A DNA stretch of 64,000 bases. Source: Podarcis gaigeae (Eukaryota). The translations under genes were made by a program, and so were the position numbers. This document shows positions 63,790 through 64,000 of this stretch, in pieces; the first letter of the stretch is position 1, and every line of letters starts with the position of its first letter. A model generated the notes under the pieces. The model searched no databases. It was not told the origin of the DNA and was given only the letters and a program-made list of their open reading frames with translations. The stretch is from NCBI GenBank assembly GCA_964106915.2, contig OZ066914.1. The stretch is one strand, 5' to 3'.

Positions 63790-64000
63790 CTAGAGAACGG
63801 AAAGGAGAGGAAAGGAAAGGAAGAAAGCCAAAAGGAATGAGACAAAGAATACATAAGCAATAAGAATGATTTTCAGCCGTGTGGTGGAGAGGAAATGCTG
63901 TGGGGAGGGGTTCGGCTTTTTTACAGCAGGAGCAACGTTGTCATCAGGAGGAGAACCAGGATAATTGTTGAGTGCCCCCCCCCCCCGCTCTAGTAGGTGA

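Noticed and set aside
1-64000. Most ORFs in the six-frame track as independent genes
   Set aside because: They are short, often start at non-ATG codons, overlap repeats or are antisense shadows. Only RGS6 exons and LINE fragments show recognisable homology.

Overview
Vertebrate genomic DNA. Sauria SINEs, CR1 and L2 LINEs and squamate-type MITEs point to a squamate, most likely a lacertid lizard. Nearly the whole window lies inside one minus-strand gene, RGS6 (R7-family regulator of G-protein signalling; DEP/DHEX-GGL-RGS). I assembled 15 coding exons by hand from 63789 down to the stop at 2535. They total 1289 nt (429 residues plus stop), all phases are compatible, one intron has a GC donor, and the 5' exons lie beyond the window end. 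The introns are dense with retroelements and non-autonomous DNA transposons, many with readable target-site duplications (TSDs). Main highlights: (1) a Penelope-like insertion at 59890-60444 forms a near-perfect 240-bp hairpin with a minimal hammerhead ribozyme motif on each strand; (2) a cluster of candidate alternative C-terminal exons lies between 6.8 and 12 kb, and the last exon has a long open second reading frame; (3) two ~98% identical inverted Sauria SINEs flank an RGS-domain exon; (4) two SINEs inserted in tandem at one target site. Family names and homologies come from my recall of known sequences; no database search was run.
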